A stretch of DNA of 56,775 nt, filler included, from Streblomastix strix (Eukaryota), in assembly GCA_008636045.1 (NCBI GenBank). It is 3 parts of 3 records of this genome, joined end to end, with 100 filler letters (N's around TTAATTAATTAA, not from the genome) between each part and the next. Parts side by side here need not be neighbours in the genome. Positions count along the whole stretch, not along the records: positions 37,919 to 56,775 come from SNRW01000573.1; 2 more parts are not named here. One strand, written 5' to 3'. The notes under the pieces were generated by a model, which had not been told where the DNA came from, did not search any database, and saw only the letters and a program-made list of their open reading frames with translations. Numbering within the stretch: position 1 is the first letter of the stretch; each line of letters starts with the position of its first letter. This document shows positions 37,924 to 56,775 of the stretch, in pieces. A program made the position numbers and the translations under genes.

Positions 37924-39316
37924 AAACTCTTATTAAAAATTAATGGTAAAAATTTTATTTCATTTTCTTTTTATTAAAGTAATTCATCTAGTTATATTTA
38001 GTTTGTACAATATATATTAAATTTATATATGAATTTAATAAATCATAAATAGGATAATCAACAGGAATTTAAATTATATTGCATTTTTTTTAAGTTTTTA
38101 TTACTAATAAATTAAAATAACTCATAAAATTTTCGGTCATAATTTTAAGTATTTTCGAAACAATTCTTCGCAATTAAACTACTATATTATTGCTACATGT
38201 TTAATATATTTTATTTTTATTTATTGAGATATGTCCATTAGTTAAAAGAGTTGCAACGTCTTTAGCTGAGAAATAAGAAATTAAGAAAAGAAAATCATTT
38301 AAGCCCAGCAAAAATCACTCTAGAAGTGCATAGACCTTATGAAACTGTGATAAAACTATGTTTTCGCAAAGATATGCTCATTGAACCAAAGAAACGTGGA
38401 ACGAAGTCAAAAATTAATCTAAGAGATAGAAGAAGAATTTGATATTAAGCTCGGAAAATTCGTAAAATTTCAGTAGACAATTTAACAACTATTACAAGTC
38501 TTGATTATCCCCCATCAACAACACTTAGGATATTGTATGCCATGAATATGAGAAAAAAAATTTAATCCATGTGCCTGATGGATGGATCTACTACCGGATT
38601 CAGTTTGATGGTGAGAAGGATGAAGTCACTTATTCGAAGGATTACGAGAAGTTTAAAGGAGTGATGATTCATGCAACAAACTGCAAAGAAGTCTTACTTA
38701 CAGTTGATAGCATGAATGGCAAAGTGAATCCTGAATCTTGGAGTGGACTGTTACTATCTAAAGTCATCTTATCAATTCAAGCTGCGAATGACTTTTCTTT
38801 CTTGAATTGTTCCGCACTATCGTCTGATCTAAACCCATTAGAAAACTTCAAAGCTCTATTAATGCGGCGTTTCTATGTTGATGGGAGAAGCGACACAAAT
38901 GGAACTGAACCCTGTCAAGGAATCAAGTCAGCTGCAGCAAAAATCACGAAACTAGAGGTAAAATCATTCATTGATTCTTTTCATAGACGCTTATGTGCAG
39001 TTATGAAGCGAGATTGAAAATATGTTCAATGTGATACATCATCATTACATTATGTGTTAATAAAATTCAAACAATCTCTTTCGTAAATTCGAAAATATCC
39101 AAAAATTTAATCTCAAAATTTTATTATTTTTTTTTGATGTATTATTAATTAAAGTCAAAAAAAAACAATCAAATTTAAATTCATGCTTGTTATCATATTT
39201 ATGGTCTAATATATATATATATATATATAGTATAAATTAAATATATCTAGCTGAATTACTTTAATTATAATGTAATGATAAAAAATTTTAACTATTAATA
39301 TTTAATAAGAGTTTTG
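37924..39316 (+). mobile_element. Decayed Tc1/mariner (Tc3-like) DNA transposon with long imperfect TIRs
   Basis: Left arm ~37924-38160 (AAACTCTTATTAAA..TTAAAGTAATTCATCTAG..TATTTTCGAA) matches the reverse complement of ~39088-39316. A transposase remnant lies between the arms. Confidence 0.8.
38231..39030 (+). pseudogene. Tc1/Tc3-family transposase pseudogene
   Basis: RGTKSKINLRDRRRI (HTH linker), PDGWIYY, GVMIHA, SSDLNPLEN (cf. SPDLNPIEN) and SFIDSFHRRLCAVMK (cf. SMPxRLxAVI). In-frame TGA, frameshifts and deletions are present; catalytic Asp motifs are not recognisable. Confidence 0.8.
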
Positions 39317-39319
39317 AAA

Positions 39320-39750
39320 TAGAAACCAATCCTTATCTTCTTTTCATAAATAGCAGATTGAAGATCAAAACAAATTTGAATATTATTTTTTCTTTTGTTT
39401 AATACGAATAATACCTCTTCTAAATTCCAAATTACGTTGCTTCCAAAACTGTTAATTGAGAAATTCGAAATATGTTCTGGTTTATTCTTCTTCGTTTTAT
39501 CAATCAAAATATTACAAAACTATTAGAATTGTGCTTTGAATTAGGACTATTTTACTATTTATCACTTTCCCCCCAAATATTTATATAGTATCCTTTCAAA
39601 TTCTTTTGTAACTGAATTATTATCTTCTTTTTAAGTTTTAAAAGTTATTTATTAGATTTCTGCTTATGAAGAAATTTAATTATCAAATGTGGTGATACTA
39701 TTAGAAAAGTCTGATTCTCGTCAATCGATGCGAATATTAGATTTCATAAC
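39320..39750 (-). CDS. Hypothetical coding exon running into the transposon TIR (possibly disrupted gene)
   Basis: Code-6 frame open for ~140 codons (..EFERILYKYLGESDKIVKQSQFKAQFQQFCNILIDKTKKNKPEH..). No family recognised. Confidence 0.25.
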
Positions 39751-40648
39751 AAAAATATCTTATTGTTAAATTATATTAAACAATTAATTAAATTAATTGA
39801 TCTGTTACATTCTAACAAAATTATTACAAAATTCTTATTAAATTATAAATATTGTAGAAACTTTATTATAACTCTATATTATTAACATTCTCAATATTTC
39901 ATTTATTCATATACATATTAATTAAGATTTATCTACACTGGGGTGAATCTTCTTTTGTTATTGAGTCTTTATAGAAGAAAAAGTTGGCATAATCTGTTAA
40001 AGGAATAAAAAATGAAATTGCGATTGACTGGTGAGTAAGAAGAGGATTTAAATAGGAGGATATCTACATTACTATTTTTTCATAAATTTCAATTTCATTT
40101 CATTATTTGAATCTTCAATTAATTTATTAAAAGAGCAACACATGGTCAAATTTTTTTTATCTATAATATTTTTTTTATATCTTTCGGTTGATAACCCCAC
40201 TCAAATTTTCTTTTTATAATATTCAATATAATTTATAATATTTAATGACGCTTCATATTTCATATTAAATGGTATTTCAAAATAAACCGAATTTCTTACA
40301 CTTGAATTGTTTCTGGTTTGAAACTGATGCAAATTATATATACATGCGATTTATTTTCATTATGTGAAAATAACTTTAATTTTAACAGCAATCAAGTTCA
40401 CATTAAAAGAAGATCAACTTCCTAACTTAAAAATACTATATTTTTTATTTTAATCTATATTTCATGATCAAATTTTTTATTTACCACGTAATATAAAATA
40501 ATTATGAGTATAAACTCTATTATTATTGAATATTTTATGTTTTAATTTTTTTGTTTGAGAATCAGTAAATTTATAGAGTTTTTTGCAATAATTTATACAT
40601 ATATTATTCTGATAATTTACTTTATTGCATTTGTAGATCATATCATTT

Positions 40649-56775
<16,127 letters not shown>

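Overview
AT-rich, intron-containing eukaryotic DNA that only reads sensibly with genetic code 6 (TAA/TAG = Gln, TGA the only stop). The supplied standard-code ORF track is therefore mostly fragments and antisense noise. The code and gene families (ARM-like repeats, Nek-like kinase, GGAIY beta-helix protein) suggest an oxymonad such as Streblomastix; this is inference. The window is three contigs of about 18.86 kb (1-18859, 18960-37818, 37919-56775) joined by artificial N-TTAATTAATTAA-N linkers. Contig 1 holds an inverted/tandem repeat complex, a decayed repeat-exon gene, and a GC-richer module. That module has co-oriented minus-strand spliced genes (a ~1,480-aa protein ending in a Ulp1/CE-clan-like protease, an orphan, a C2H2 zinc-finger gene) head-to-head with an intronless >1,555-codon ORF cut by the contig end; it is a candidate large mobile element. 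Contig 2 holds host genes: EF-hand protein, coiled-coil/ARM protein, TMEM185-like protein, aminopeptidase P, Nek-like kinase, and a beta-helix surface protein with a Cys-string tail. Contig 3 holds a decayed Tc1/Tc3-like transposon with long TIRs and a giant (>5,000 aa) TMEM185-like gene with an ~11.9-kb Q/N/S-rich exon. All translations and splice sites were worked out by hand and are approximate.
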